Below are positions 38,159 to 47,502 of a DNA stretch of 62,393 bases, piece by piece (within the stretch, counting starts at the first letter, position 1; each line of letters opens with the position of its first letter). The stretch covers positions 1 through 62,393 of the forward strand of contig DAOVTB010000004.1 in the NCBI GenBank assembly GCA_030633305.1. Direction: 5' to 3'. Both the position numbers and the translations under genes were made by a program. The stretch comes from Candidatus Muiribacteriota bacterium. GTDB lineage: Bacteria; Muiribacteriota; DAOVTB01. Below the pieces are notes generated by a model. That model ran no database searches, was not told the DNA's origin, and was given only the letters and a program-made list of their open reading frames with translations.

Positions 38159-39441
38159 TATTCTTCGAATATCTGCTTTACAATTTCATCACATCTGATC
38201 TTACTATCAGTAAGAGCCTGTTTCACATCTTTCTGTCCCTGAAGCGCTGCACCCATTTCCTGATTTACCGCATCCTCAAGCATCCCATATCTTGGTATTT
38301 TTGGTCTTGATCTTGTACTGAGAATCTGGTCAAGAAAGACAGCCATTCTGGGACCAAGTTTTTTCTTTAACTCAGGAATAAGTTTTTTATTCACTGGAAT
38401 CTGTTTTAAAGAAGTACACCATTTGACCTGAAAATAATCAGATACCATGAATTCAAGGAACTTATAAGCCAGTTTTTTATCCCTGCAGGTTTTAAAGATC
38501 ACCATATTACTTCCACCAATATTTGAAAAACTACCAGCAGGTCCAGCAGGAATACGTGCTATACCAAAGTCCATTCCGCTATTTTCGCAATCAGCGATTA
38601 ACCATGGTCCGCAAAGTATCATACTGTACTTATCATTCAAAAAACCTGCCTTGGGTTCCACAGCTCCGGATTGCCAGGCACCTGCTTCTATTTTATATTT
38701 ACTGAAAAGATCTTTTTTAAACTGTAAAGCAGCAATAGCTTTTGGTGAATTCAACAGACATTCACCAGTTTGATCATTGATAAATACTGCTCCAAATGAA
38801 TTAAAGAAAGGAAAAGTCCACCAGAGGGAATTATTCATTCCAAATGCATATCTATCGATAAGGCCGTCCTTATCGTTATCTACAGTCAATTTTTTTCCAA
38901 CTTCAACAAATTCTTCCCAGGTCTTAGGAACATCTTTATCGGATAATCCAACATCCCTGAAATGCTTTTTATTATAAAAAAGAGCAACACAGTCAGTTTT
39001 ATCAGGCAAGCCATATATGTTATTCTTTTTTGTTCTCATGTTATAAACAATATTTGTATCAAAAGCTGCATCTACAATGATTTTCTTATATTTTCCTACA
39101 CCATAGGAATCAAGTGGTTCAATTGCTTTTCCCAAAGCTAGAAGCGGAGTCAGTGCAAGATCGATTCTTGCAATGTCTGGTGCTGTTTTTGTATTACAGG
39201 CTGTTCTAAGTTTGTTCTGATGACCACCCCATGGAATAAGTTGAATATTTAGTTTTATTTTATTATCTTCTTCAAATTTTTTGCATAATTCTTTGTATAT
39301 TTTGAATTCTGCTTCGCTATATGTCACCCATACAGTAAGAGCTGTTCCAGCTTTATTAACAGTTCCACCACCTGGAATCAGCAACCAGATAACCATTAAT
39401 ACAATAAGAACAACAACTATTGCATCAAATATTTTATCCAT
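38158..39441 (-). CDS. Carbohydrate ABC transporter substrate-binding protein
   Basis: APDI, YGLP, ALFYNKKHF, PKTWEEF, GGSNMVIF; follows two CUT1 permeases. Confidence 0.92.
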   Translation of the reverse strand: MDKIFDAIVVVLIVLMVIWLLIPGGGTVNKAGTALTVWVTYSEAEFKIYKELCKKFEEDNKIKLNIQLIPWGGHQNKLRTACNTKTAPDIARIDLALTPLLALGKAIEPLDSYGVGKYKKIIVDAAFDTNIVYNMRTKKNNIYGLPDKTDCVALFYNKKHFRDVGLSDKDVPKTWEEFVEVGKKLTVDNDKDGLIDRYAFGMNNSLWWTFPFFNSFGAVFINDQTGECLLNSPKAIAALQFKKDLFSKYKIEAGAWQSGAVEPKAGFLNDKYSMILCGPWLIADCENSGMDFGIARIPAGPAGSFSNIGGSNMVIFKTCRDKKLAYKFLEFMVSDYFQVKWCTSLKQIPVNKKLIPELKKKLGPRMAVFLDQILSTRSRPKIPRYGMLEDAVNQEMGAALQGQKDVKQALTDSKIRCDEIVKQIFEE

Positions 39442-39504
39442 AATTCTTTTTTCTTCCCTTCATGTCTTTCGTGGTTCAATATTTTTTCACATCATCCTGG
39501 TATG

Positions 39505-39602
39505 GGTATAAGGTGCCAAAGCACTATGAATTTATCTCCACACCTATCACCTTATAAATTAAAGTCCATTGGCACCAATCAGGGGACTTTACTATTTTTT
39601 GT
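39505..39602. repeat. Family C 98-bp element
   Basis: Direct copy of 30486-30583. Confidence 0.9.
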
Positions 39603-39619
39603 CTTTCTTTTCTATCCTT

Positions 39620-39672
39620 TTTATCTTGTTAATCCTGTCTAATCTTCTTTTTTCTTCGTGTCCTTCGTGGTA
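39620..39672. repeat. Family F short tandem motifs
   Basis: TTTATCTTGTTAATCCTGTCTAATCTTCTTTT (as at 17519) followed by CTTCGTGTCCTTCGTGG. Confidence 0.75.
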
Positions 39673-39695
39673 AATCTTCTCTTTCTTTTTTTCTT

Positions 39696-40541
39696 CTATC
39701 CTTTTACCGCTCCCTGAGTCATACCTTCTATGAAAAATCTCTGTGCAAGTATAAACAGGAATGCTATCGGCAAAACACTGAAACATGAAGCAGCCATTAA
39801 CAATGTCCACTGGGTACTGTGCTGTCCTTTAAACAATGCCAGTCCTACCGGAATTGTAAGATAAGGACTGTCAGGTGTATTAACGATTAACTGCCACAGA
39901 AAGTTAGACCACTGGCCAAGAAAAGTAAGTAGAAATAATGTTGCAACTACTGGCATAGTAAGTGGAATAACAATTTTTTTGAAAATCTGGTATTCACTTG
40001 CTCCGTCAATATTTGCACTTTCAAACAAAGCATCAGGAATCTGATGAATATACTGTCTCATCAGAAACAGCCCAAAAACATTAGCAAGATGAGGTATTAT
40101 CATCGCCTTATAAGTATTTATCCATCCAAGTTTATTAATAATTGCAAACTGAGGCACCATAAACATCATTCCTGGAATCATAACTGTTGCAAGAAAAGTA
40201 TTGAATAAAAAATTTTTACCAACAAAGTTTTTCTTGGCAAAAGCATATCCACCCATTGTACATATCAAAACTGTCATAATAGAACTGGTTAATGCAACTA
40301 TAAATGAATTCAGAAAGTATTTTCCAAAATTAAATTCATTAACAATTTTACTGAAATTAGAAAAAGTATAGAAATCTTTAAGAGATTCAAGAGTAAAATG
40401 ATTTGGTAAAATCGCAATGGAAAGAGCATATTTTTCTTCCTTAAAAGCTTCAAATATCATCCATATAAGTGGATATAGTACAATGAAGGCACCCACGCAT
40501 AATAAAGCATAGGCTAAAAGATATTTCAGGAATCTTTTCAT
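39696..40541 (-). CDS. Carbohydrate ABC transporter permease (MalG-like)
   Basis: EAA-loop variant LFESANIDGASEYQIF; C-terminal QRFFIEGMTQGAVKG. Confidence 0.93.
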   Translation of the reverse strand: MKRFLKYLLAYALLCVGAFIVLYPLIWMIFEAFKEEKYALSIAILPNHFTLESLKDFYTFSNFSKIVNEFNFGKYFLNSFIVALTSSIMTVLICTMGGYAFAKKNFVGKNFLFNTFLATVMIPGMMFMVPQFAIINKLGWINTYKAMIIPHLANVFGLFLMRQYIHQIPDALFESANIDGASEYQIFKKIVIPLTMPVVATLFLLTFLGQWSNFLWQLIVNTPDSPYLTIPVGLALFKGQHSTQWTLLMAASCFSVLPIAFLFILAQRFFIEGMTQGAVKG

Positions 40542-40544
40542 TCA

Positions 40545-41468
40545 TCAATCTCCATAAGGTTTAATAATTTTGAAGTTTATATAAGTAAGAGTCAATGCAA
40601 TTGCCAGCATTACATAAGAGATGCTGGCTGCGTATCCATATCTACCAAAATCAAATTGTTTCCAAAGATAAAATCCTGAAATACTTGTAGCTCCCATTGT
40701 TTTTCCAGCAATAACAATATTTGGCCCACCCGAACTGTTTGTCATTGCATATATTTCAGTAAAAGCATTTAAACCAGCCATTATACCTGTAACAATCAGA
40801 AACAGAAATACTGGTTTCAAAAGAGGGATGGTTATATGCTTTAACTCCTGCCACCAGTTTGCTCCATCAATCTTTGCTGCTTCATAAACACTCTCCGGTA
40901 TATTCTGAAGAGCAACCAGAAAAAGGATCATTCCAAATCCACAACCTTTTAGAACCATTGCAAAACCAATTGAAGCCAGGGCTGTGTATGGATTCCCAAG
41001 TAATCCGGTGGAATTGAAATAAGTAATTCCAAAGAAATTAAGTACTCTAACAATTATTCCAAATGTTGGAGCATAAATAAAAACCCAGATTGTACCTATA
41101 ACAAACATATCTAAAACATTGGGAAGAAAATATGCAGCTCTGAAAAAAGTTTTCCCTTTTAATTTATTATTTAACATAATTGCAAGAAAAAGAGATAGAA
41201 AAATACCTGCAGGTATAGTCATAATTGCATAAAAAAATGTAAGCACCAGTGACCACCAGAAATTATAATCCTTCGTAATTATCTGAATATAGTTACTAAA
41301 TCCCACAAATTTCAGTTCTCTAAACACATCAAACATATCTGTGTAAATAGAAACTTTGTGGAAACTAAGAAAGAATGAATATATCACCGGATATGCGAGA
41401 AAAACGATATATACCAGCAAAAAAGGTGCGAGGAACAAATAGGAAACAAGGTTCTCTTTTCTTTTCAT
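40545..41468 (-). CDS. Carbohydrate ABC transporter permease (MalF-like)
   Basis: YEAAKIDGANWWQ EAA loop; FVGFSNY. Confidence 0.93.
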   Translation of the reverse strand: MKRKENLVSYLFLAPFLLVYIVFLAYPVIYSFFLSFHKVSIYTDMFDVFRELKFVGFSNYIQIITKDYNFWWSLVLTFFYAIMTIPAGIFLSLFLAIMLNNKLKGKTFFRAAYFLPNVLDMFVIGTIWVFIYAPTFGIIVRVLNFFGITYFNSTGLLGNPYTALASIGFAMVLKGCGFGMILFLVALQNIPESVYEAAKIDGANWWQELKHITIPLLKPVFLFLIVTGIMAGLNAFTEIYAMTNSSGGPNIVIAGKTMGATSISGFYLWKQFDFGRYGYAASISYVMLAIALTLTYINFKIIKPYGD

Positions 41469-41471
41469 CTT

Positions 41472-42878
41472 CTACTTTTTCAACTTGAATTTTTTTTGAA
41501 TTATATCATAATTCCATTTTAAAATCAAAATCAACTCAACCGGATCATAATTCTTTGTCAATTGAAATTCAAGTAAAACATAGTTGTTTCTTTTAGATAA
41601 AATCTTGATTTTTTTCATTTGGATTTCAACCGAATCAAAAAATATTTTGAAGTTATCAAATGATAATTTTTCCCGTAAATCTTTTGAATCATCGGAAAAC
41701 CTGTAACGTTCATAATCAAAGTCAAATACAAGTTTAGCAATTATCTTATTGGCATCAAACTTTATAAATTGAAGTTTTTTTTCATATTTTTCTAGATTAG
41801 TAATCATAATTTTTTCAATTTTTACAATTTCTTGAATTTTTTCAATCTTTTTTACTGGAAATTCTTCTTTTTCAGGAATAATCTTTATTTCTTTTCTTTT
41901 AAGCTTTTCGAGTTTAGCTACATCAGAATCAGTTTTCTTCAATTTCTTTTTAATTACAGATTTTGATTTCTTATTAACTACAGATTTTGATTTTTTATAT
42001 ACTTTTATTGAATAATCTCCAGAATTCAAAACATATAATCGACTATTACATTCAAGAGCATCAACTGGATTAATCAGACTTGTTATCTGTTCTTCAATCC
42101 TTCCGTTTTTCAAAGAATAGTAGATAACTCTTCCAATCAAATCAGTAATAATTAATTTATCATCATCAGATTCGCGAATTGATGTAAAACTAGATCCTTT
42201 AAATTCAATCTTCTTAGAAAGAATACATTTATTATTTTTTAATGTGCAAACATATAGTTTTCCATACCAGGAAGTTATAAAAAAATTATCATTAATCTTA
42301 CAGATAGAAGTCAGCAGATCTTTTTTATCGATTACATCTTTGAGTCCAAATGTCATTATTGGTTTTAACTTACTATTCAATTTTATAATATTCAGATTCC
42401 TATTGTCTAAAACATAGTAATTATTGTTATTGAATGTGATATCAACTGGAAAAATTTTTTTTTTGAAATTGTAAAATCTGAAAGAAGACTCCATATTTTT
42501 AAGAGTAATAAGTCTTTTATTTAATGTATCGCAAATAAAAATAAAATTACCCTTTTTATATGGTAATTTCTTTATAGCAGATGGATATCCTGGATCTGGA
42601 ATTTCAGATGATTTCAATAAGATCCCTGTATTTGAGAAAAAAAGAAGTTTTCCTTTTTTATCAAGTATTACAGTAATTTCTCGATCCAGAAGTTCAAAAT
42701 TTTCCCAAACTCCTTTTTTTTCAAAACAAGTTAATTCGATATTATCAGATTTTACTGGTGAAGCACTGTATGCTATGGAAATTATTATGAAGAAAAAAAA
42801 CAAGATATGCGTATATGGTGCCAGATCTCGTATTAGGTAATGAATCCAACGAGAGACACCGGTATTTATATTTTTCAA
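41472..42878 (-). CDS. Exported NHL-repeat/beta-propeller protein
   Basis: IFICDTLNKR, PVDI...YYVLD, NPVDA...LYVLNSGDYSIKVY repeats; exact start uncertain. Confidence 0.6.
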   Translation of the reverse strand: MKNINTGVSRWIHYLIRDLAPYTHILFFFFIIISIAYSASPVKSDNIELTCFEKKGVWENFELLDREITVILDKKGKLLFFSNTGILLKSSEIPDPGYPSAIKKLPYKKGNFIFICDTLNKRLITLKNMESSFRFYNFKKKIFPVDITFNNNNYYVLDNRNLNIIKLNSKLKPIMTFGLKDVIDKKDLLTSICKINDNFFITSWYGKLYVCTLKNNKCILSKKIEFKGSSFTSIRESDDDKLIITDLIGRVIYYSLKNGRIEEQITSLINPVDALECNSRLYVLNSGDYSIKVYKKSKSVVNKKSKSVIKKKLKKTDSDVAKLEKLKRKEIKIIPEKEEFPVKKIEKIQEIVKIEKIMITNLEKYEKKLQFIKFDANKIIAKLVFDFDYERYRFSDDSKDLREKLSFDNFKIFFDSVEIQMKKIKILSKRNNYVLLEFQLTKNYDPVELILILKWNYDIIQKKFKLKK

Positions 42879-42957
42879 AATTATTTTCCTGCCTTAAGTA
42901 ACACTATAGACTGTGCCATAATCTATTGATAATCTATTTGGGAGGGTAGTAGATAGT

Positions 42958-43035
42958 TGGCGCAGGGGTCAAAGCAACTTTCATGAACTTGGTCATCAAG
43001 TTCACAAAAATTCCATGTTACCCCATCTATATTAA
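42958..43035. repeat. Family B element, diverged copy
   Basis: TGGCGCAGGGGTC...TGAACTTG..CAAGTTCA...TACCCCATCTATATT. Confidence 0.6.
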
Positions 43036-43060
43036 TATTCATCTACATTTAATTCTACAT

Positions 43061-43184
43061 CCGGACATTTGCCGAGATGAGATTTGGATTTTTCATATCA
43101 TTTTAAACCGAGTCGCACTCTTTTGTGCGTCGCAGGTTTTGAAAATGGTATTAAAAATTCAAAGATCGCTCGTCAAATATTCGG
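43061..43184 (-). repeat. Family A structured element, full copy directly after the SPOR gene stop
   Basis: Minus strand ATATTTGACGAGCGATCTTTGAATTTTT...CATCTCGGCAAATGTCCGG; closest to the 60983-61116 copy. Confidence 0.9.
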
Positions 43185-43185
43185 G

Positions 43186-44103
43186 TCAGTCGTAGATTCC
43201 TTTTTTAATCCAAAAACCTACTATTTCTACAAAATTTTCTTTCAAATATTTTGCTTTTTCTTCAGCTTCTTCGCGTTTTTCAAACATTCCAACTCTTACT
43301 TTATAAATTGGCTTGGAATCTCTCTCAGCTGGAATAATGAATATATCCTTTATTCCTGCTTCTGCTATTATTTTTTTCTTCAACTTTTCAGCATTTGCTG
43401 CATTTCGAACAGAAACAACCTGAATAGTATAAAGCTCTTTTAATTTATCTTTTTTAATGTCTAATTTACTATTTCGGTCATCAAATTCTTTTTTTAGATC
43501 ATCAAGTTTAATAGCATCAGTATTATTTTCAAAAATCTTACTACTTAAACCATCTTTTATAGCTTTTTCCTGAATTTTTTTCACTTTTTCTTTATCTTTA
43601 AAACCTGTAACAACAAACGCATGGATATTTTCATAGTTAAGTAATTTCTTTTTCATCTTGAGCTTTAATTTACTATAATATGCTCTTGCCCTCTTCTCAC
43701 TGGAAAAAGGATATACTTTCAATACATATATTTTTATCTCATCTTTTTTCTCTGTCACAACCTTGATTGTATTTTCCTTTACAGGATCTTTCTTAATTGG
43801 TGTCTTATTATCAGGTACTGCGATTTTTGGTGTCTTATTATCAGGTACTGCGATTTTTGGTGTTTTTACTACTGGAGTCTTAACAACTTTCACATCAGTA
43901 TTTTTTTTGACATGGATCTTGATTTCTTTTGTAGGTTTATTATTTCCAGCAACCTGTTTAAGATTGAAAAGTTCTTCCCTGTTTTTATATATTAAAGCTC
44001 CATAAATTATCAATACAACTAAAATTATCCATAACAGGAAAGATACAATTTTATCTCCCTTATTTTTCGGTTCCCATTCAAAATCAGTAGATTTCTTTAC
44101 CAT
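43186..44103 (-). CDS. Membrane-anchored SPOR-domain protein
   Basis: Single TM helix, Pro/Lys linker, C-terminal YTIQVVS...YKVRVGMFEKREEA SPOR pattern. Confidence 0.88.
   Translation of the reverse strand: MVKKSTDFEWEPKNKGDKIVSFLLWIILVVLIIYGALIYKNREELFNLKQVAGNNKPTKEIKIHVKKNTDVKVVKTPVVKTPKIAVPDNKTPKIAVPDNKTPIKKDPVKENTIKVVTEKKDEIKIYVLKVYPFSSEKRARAYYSKLKLKMKKKLLNYENIHAFVVTGFKDKEKVKKIQEKAIKDGLSSKIFENNTDAIKLDDLKKEFDDRNSKLDIKKDKLKELYTIQVVSVRNAANAEKLKKKIIAEAGIKDIFIIPAERDSKPIYKVRVGMFEKREEAEEKAKYLKENFVEIVGFWIKKGIYD
43801..43860. repeat. Perfect 30-bp tandem duplication (10-aa unit) inside the SPOR gene
   Basis: TGTCTTATTATCAGGTACTGCGATTTTTGG occurs twice in tandem. Confidence 0.95.
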
Positions 44104-44119
44104 ATCGTATTCCTTTCGC

Positions 44120-45118
44120 TTATTCTGAAATGATATTTAAATCATATTCACATTTTTTACATTTGGGTTCATTGCTGATCACATCTACATTGAATCCAAT
44201 TCTTTTGATAGCAATTGTACCGCATTTCGGACATTTAGTTGAGGAATGCTCAATATCAAGAACATTACCCAGATAAACAAATTCCAGATATTTTCCACCA
44301 ATCTTTACAATTCTCAGGATATTATCAACATCAGTTGGCGGTATCTTCATCTTGTAGTTCGGATAATACCTTGTCAAATGAAGCGGAATCTTCACACTCA
44401 TAGAGGCTAACCATTCAGCTAAAGAAGTTATATGCTCTTTTGTATCATTCAATGTTGGAATAATAAGTTTTGTAATTTCAAGGTGAATTCCTGACTCAAA
44501 AATTATCTTTACAGAATTCAGGATATCAGCAAGAGTTCCACCACAGTACTTTTCATAAAAAATATTATCAAAAGCCTTGATATCAACATTCATAGCATCA
44601 ATAAACGGCAAAAGTTCTTTTAAAGGTTCAGAATTGATAAAGCCATTGGTGATCATAATAACCTTTAATCCCTTTTCCCGTGCCAACTTTGCTGTATCAA
44701 GAACAAATTCATACCATACAATTGGTTCGTTGTAAGTAAATGCTATACCCGATGCTTTTTCGTCAATAGCTTTTTGAATGATCTGTTCAGAAGTATATAA
44801 GGTCGTAACAGCACTCCCCTGAGAAATCTGCCAGTTCTGGCAAAATTCACATTTGAAGTTACAACCAACTGTTCCTACTGATAATACTTCCGTGCCTGGA
44901 AGGAAATGATATAGCGGTTTTTTTTCGATAGGATCCATCGCTGCATTTGAACATCTTCCATAACTTAAAGCATACAATGTTCCATCATAATTCTTTCTTA
45001 TTCGGCAGAGACCACTTTCCCCAGAGGAAATCACACAATTATGCGGGCATAACTGGCATACTGTTTTTTTATTTTTTAATTTTTTATAATAATATGCTTC
45101 TTTCAGTTCTATATTCAA
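44120..45118 (-). CDS. amrS: AmmeMemoRadiSam-system radical SAM enzyme (cytoplasmic type)
   Basis: CQLCPHNC, DPIEKKPLYHF, GCNFKCEFCQNW, FTYNEP, PLHLTRYYP. Confidence 0.93.
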   Translation of the reverse strand: MNIELKEAYYYKKLKNKKTVCQLCPHNCVISSGESGLCRIRKNYDGTLYALSYGRCSNAAMDPIEKKPLYHFLPGTEVLSVGTVGCNFKCEFCQNWQISQGSAVTTLYTSEQIIQKAIDEKASGIAFTYNEPIVWYEFVLDTAKLAREKGLKVIMITNGFINSEPLKELLPFIDAMNVDIKAFDNIFYEKYCGGTLADILNSVKIIFESGIHLEITKLIIPTLNDTKEHITSLAEWLASMSVKIPLHLTRYYPNYKMKIPPTDVDNILRIVKIGGKYLEFVYLGNVLDIEHSSTKCPKCGTIAIKRIGFNVDVISNEPKCKKCEYDLNIISE

Positions 45119-45144
45119 TAGATTTTCCTCCAGGGTATCAAATT

Positions 45145-45660
45145 CTAATGATACCTGTTTACCATAAATTTATAAAGAACATATTCTTCTTCAGGTAAAA
45201 TCCCTGCTTTTCTACAGGATATATTTATTTGAGTTTCTACATCATCAACTCCATCGAGATCTGGTAGTAAAAGTCCTCTTTTAAAACCAGATTCAACTAT
45301 TATACCAAATTTTTTGGGATCAAGTTCTGAACGATCCTGAACTTTTTGGGGTTCAGTCAAAATATCAACATTTATAACAAGATCATCAAGTTCCTCAGAA
45401 GTAATTTCAGGAAACCTGGGATCTCTTGTAGATGCAGAAATTGCATTATGCATGATTTCAAGAACTACATTTTTCTGAGTTGGCGATATTGTTCCAATAC
45501 ATCCTCTCAATTCACCACTATTCATATGAATAGATACAAATACACCAGCTTTTTTATCAAAAAACTCCTGCTCAACATAATCAGGGAGGTCAATGACCTT
45601 TCCATGTTTTATATAATTCTCAATTGTATCCTCAGCAATCCTTACATAAACAGAACTCAT
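45145..45660 (-). CDS. amrA: AmmeMemoRadiSam-system protein A (AMMECR1 domain)
   Basis: GVFVSI, LRGCIGT, DPRF, GLLLP and KAG motifs. Confidence 0.94.
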   Translation of the reverse strand: MSSVYVRIAEDTIENYIKHGKVIDLPDYVEQEFFDKKAGVFVSIHMNSGELRGCIGTISPTQKNVVLEIMHNAISASTRDPRFPEITSEELDDLVINVDILTEPQKVQDRSELDPKKFGIIVESGFKRGLLLPDLDGVDDVETQINISCRKAGILPEEEYVLYKFMVNRYH

Positions 45661-45673
45661 TTTATGAAACTCC

Positions 45674-46687
45674 CTACCTTGGTATAAATTCTATCGCATT
45701 CTTGGGGCATTTATCAATACATACTCCACAAGAAATACATTTGTCGGCAATTATAGTATGCTTTTCTTTTACTTTACCCTCAATTGCATCGAATTTACAA
45801 TTTTTTATACAAATAGTGCACTTTATACACTTGTCCTGATCAATATCTGCAACTATGCTTTTATGATCTCTTAAAGAAAAAATTACATTCTTTGGACATT
45901 TTTCCATACATTTCCCACAGGAAATACATTTTTCATAATCAATGATTGCAATGTTATTCACAACTTTGATTGCTTTTCTTTTTTCACCATCTACTTCATA
46001 TTCAACTGGACATACCTTTTCACAGATTTTACAACTAATACAACCGATCTCACAATATTTTCTCACATCTTTACCAGGATCTGTTGACATACATCCAACA
46101 TAAACAGTTTTATTCAATGGAACAAGTTCAAGAATATTTCTTGGACATTCAGTAATACAGATTCCACATCCTGTGCAAAGCTCTGTATCAACTACTGGAA
46201 GACCGTTTTCATTCATTGTAATAGCTGAAAAAGGACATACATCAGCACAATTTCCAAATCCTACACATCCAGATGTACAGACTTTTCCTGCTCCATGTAC
46301 CAGAAGCGAAGCTTTACAATCCTGAATTCCGCTATACTCAGCAATAATTGTAGAATTGTTTTTACCACCTGCACATCGTACTCTTGCAACATTTTTCATC
46401 TTTGTAGGTGAGCTTTTTGTACCCATTATCCCGGAAATTTTTTCAGTACATTCCTTTCCACCTGGAATACAAGCATCAATAGCAGCAGTTCCATCCACTA
46501 CTCCCTGTGCAAATCCACCACAACCCGGAAAACCACATGCTCCACAGTTGGCTCCAGGAAGAACGTCTATAATTTTAGTAATTTTTTCATCAACATCAAC
46601 ATGAAAGGCTTTGGCAGCAATACTTAATACCAGCCCAAAAAATAGTCCGAGGCACCCTACATACAATGCTGGAAGTAATACACCCAT
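45674..46687 (-). CDS. rnfB: Rnf complex subunit B (polyferredoxin)
   Basis: LPGANCGACGFPGC plus multiple CxxCxxCxxxCP clusters. Confidence 0.95.
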   Translation of the reverse strand: MGVLLPALYVGCLGLFFGLVLSIAAKAFHVDVDEKITKIIDVLPGANCGACGFPGCGGFAQGVVDGTAAIDACIPGGKECTEKISGIMGTKSSPTKMKNVARVRCAGGKNNSTIIAEYSGIQDCKASLLVHGAGKVCTSGCVGFGNCADVCPFSAITMNENGLPVVDTELCTGCGICITECPRNILELVPLNKTVYVGCMSTDPGKDVRKYCEIGCISCKICEKVCPVEYEVDGEKRKAIKVVNNIAIIDYEKCISCGKCMEKCPKNVIFSLRDHKSIVADIDQDKCIKCTICIKNCKFDAIEGKVKEKHTIIADKCISCGVCIDKCPKNAIEFIPR

Positions 46688-46891
46688 TTATTGAACCTCC
46701 TCAATAGTTATCTCATTTTCATACATTTCTCTTATCCAGGACGCAAAAGAACTGCCTTCATATTTATTAAACATTTTTTTTGCAGTTTCAACAGCATCAG
46801 TCTGATTTTTGCTTTCAACAATAAATTCAACATCAAACTTTTTTCTGACTCCTGTATCCCAATAAGGTATTATAACTTTGAATTTTTTCAT
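46688..46891 (-). CDS. Small hypothetical protein (67 aa) inside the rnf operon
   Basis: TAATG overlap with rnfA; its stop abuts the rnfB ATG; it fills the gap exactly and contains the rnfB RBS (GAGGAGG). Confidence 0.75.
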   Translation of the reverse strand: MKKFKVIIPYWDTGVRKKFDVEFIVESKNQTDAVETAKKMFNKYEGSSFASWIREMYENEITIEEVQ

Positions 46892-47499
46892 TAAAAAATC
46901 TTCAATCCATTAAATCCCATAAAAGCAAGTGCAAGTAAACCGGAAACAACAAAAGCAATTGGCATACCTTTAAAGCATGCCGGTACTTCTTCCAGCTCAA
47001 GTCTTTCACGAATCCCTGCCATTAATACCAGTGCAAGGGTAAAACCTAAAGCAGCACCAACTCCCTGAGTTATTGTTTTTATCAATGCCCAGTATGTTTT
47101 CACTCCAAAATTTTGAATATTCAAAATTGCAACTCCTAAAACTGCACAGTTAGTCGTTATCAGTGGAAGAAAAATTCCAAGTGACTGATAAAGAGAAGGC
47201 ATGCTTTTCTGTAAAAACATTTCTACAAACTGTACAAGAGAAGCTATTACAAGAATAAATGTTACTGTTCTTAAATAACTGAGATCATGTCCTCCAACTT
47301 TAATTGAAAGCAGAAATTTTTCAATAAACCAGGTTGCAATTGAAGCCAGAGTCATAACGAAAGTAACTGCCATTCCCATACCAGCAGCAGTCTCTATCTT
47401 TTTGGAAACACCAAAAAAAGGACATAAACCAAGAAACCTGGAGAGAACATAGTTGTTAACAAAGACTGTTGCAATAATTATAGCTAATAATTCATTCAT
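46891..47499 (-). CDS. rnfA: Rnf complex subunit A
   Basis: [14 protein letters not shown] and [16 protein letters not shown]. Confidence 0.96.
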   Translation of the reverse strand: MNELLAIIIATVFVNNYVLSRFLGLCPFFGVSKKIETAAGMGMAVTFVMTLASIATWFIEKFLLSIKVGGHDLSYLRTVTFILVIASLVQFVEMFLQKSMPSLYQSLGIFLPLITTNCAVLGVAILNIQNFGVKTYWALIKTITQGVGAALGFTLALVLMAGIRERLELEEVPACFKGMPIAFVVSGLLALAFMGFNGLKIF

Positions 47500-47502
47500 T
47501 TC

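Noticed and set aside
39592-39810. 72-aa ORF containing HEGHEE...LDRINKI
   Set aside because: Out-of-frame overlap with the permease end plus translation of family F repeats; not a gene.
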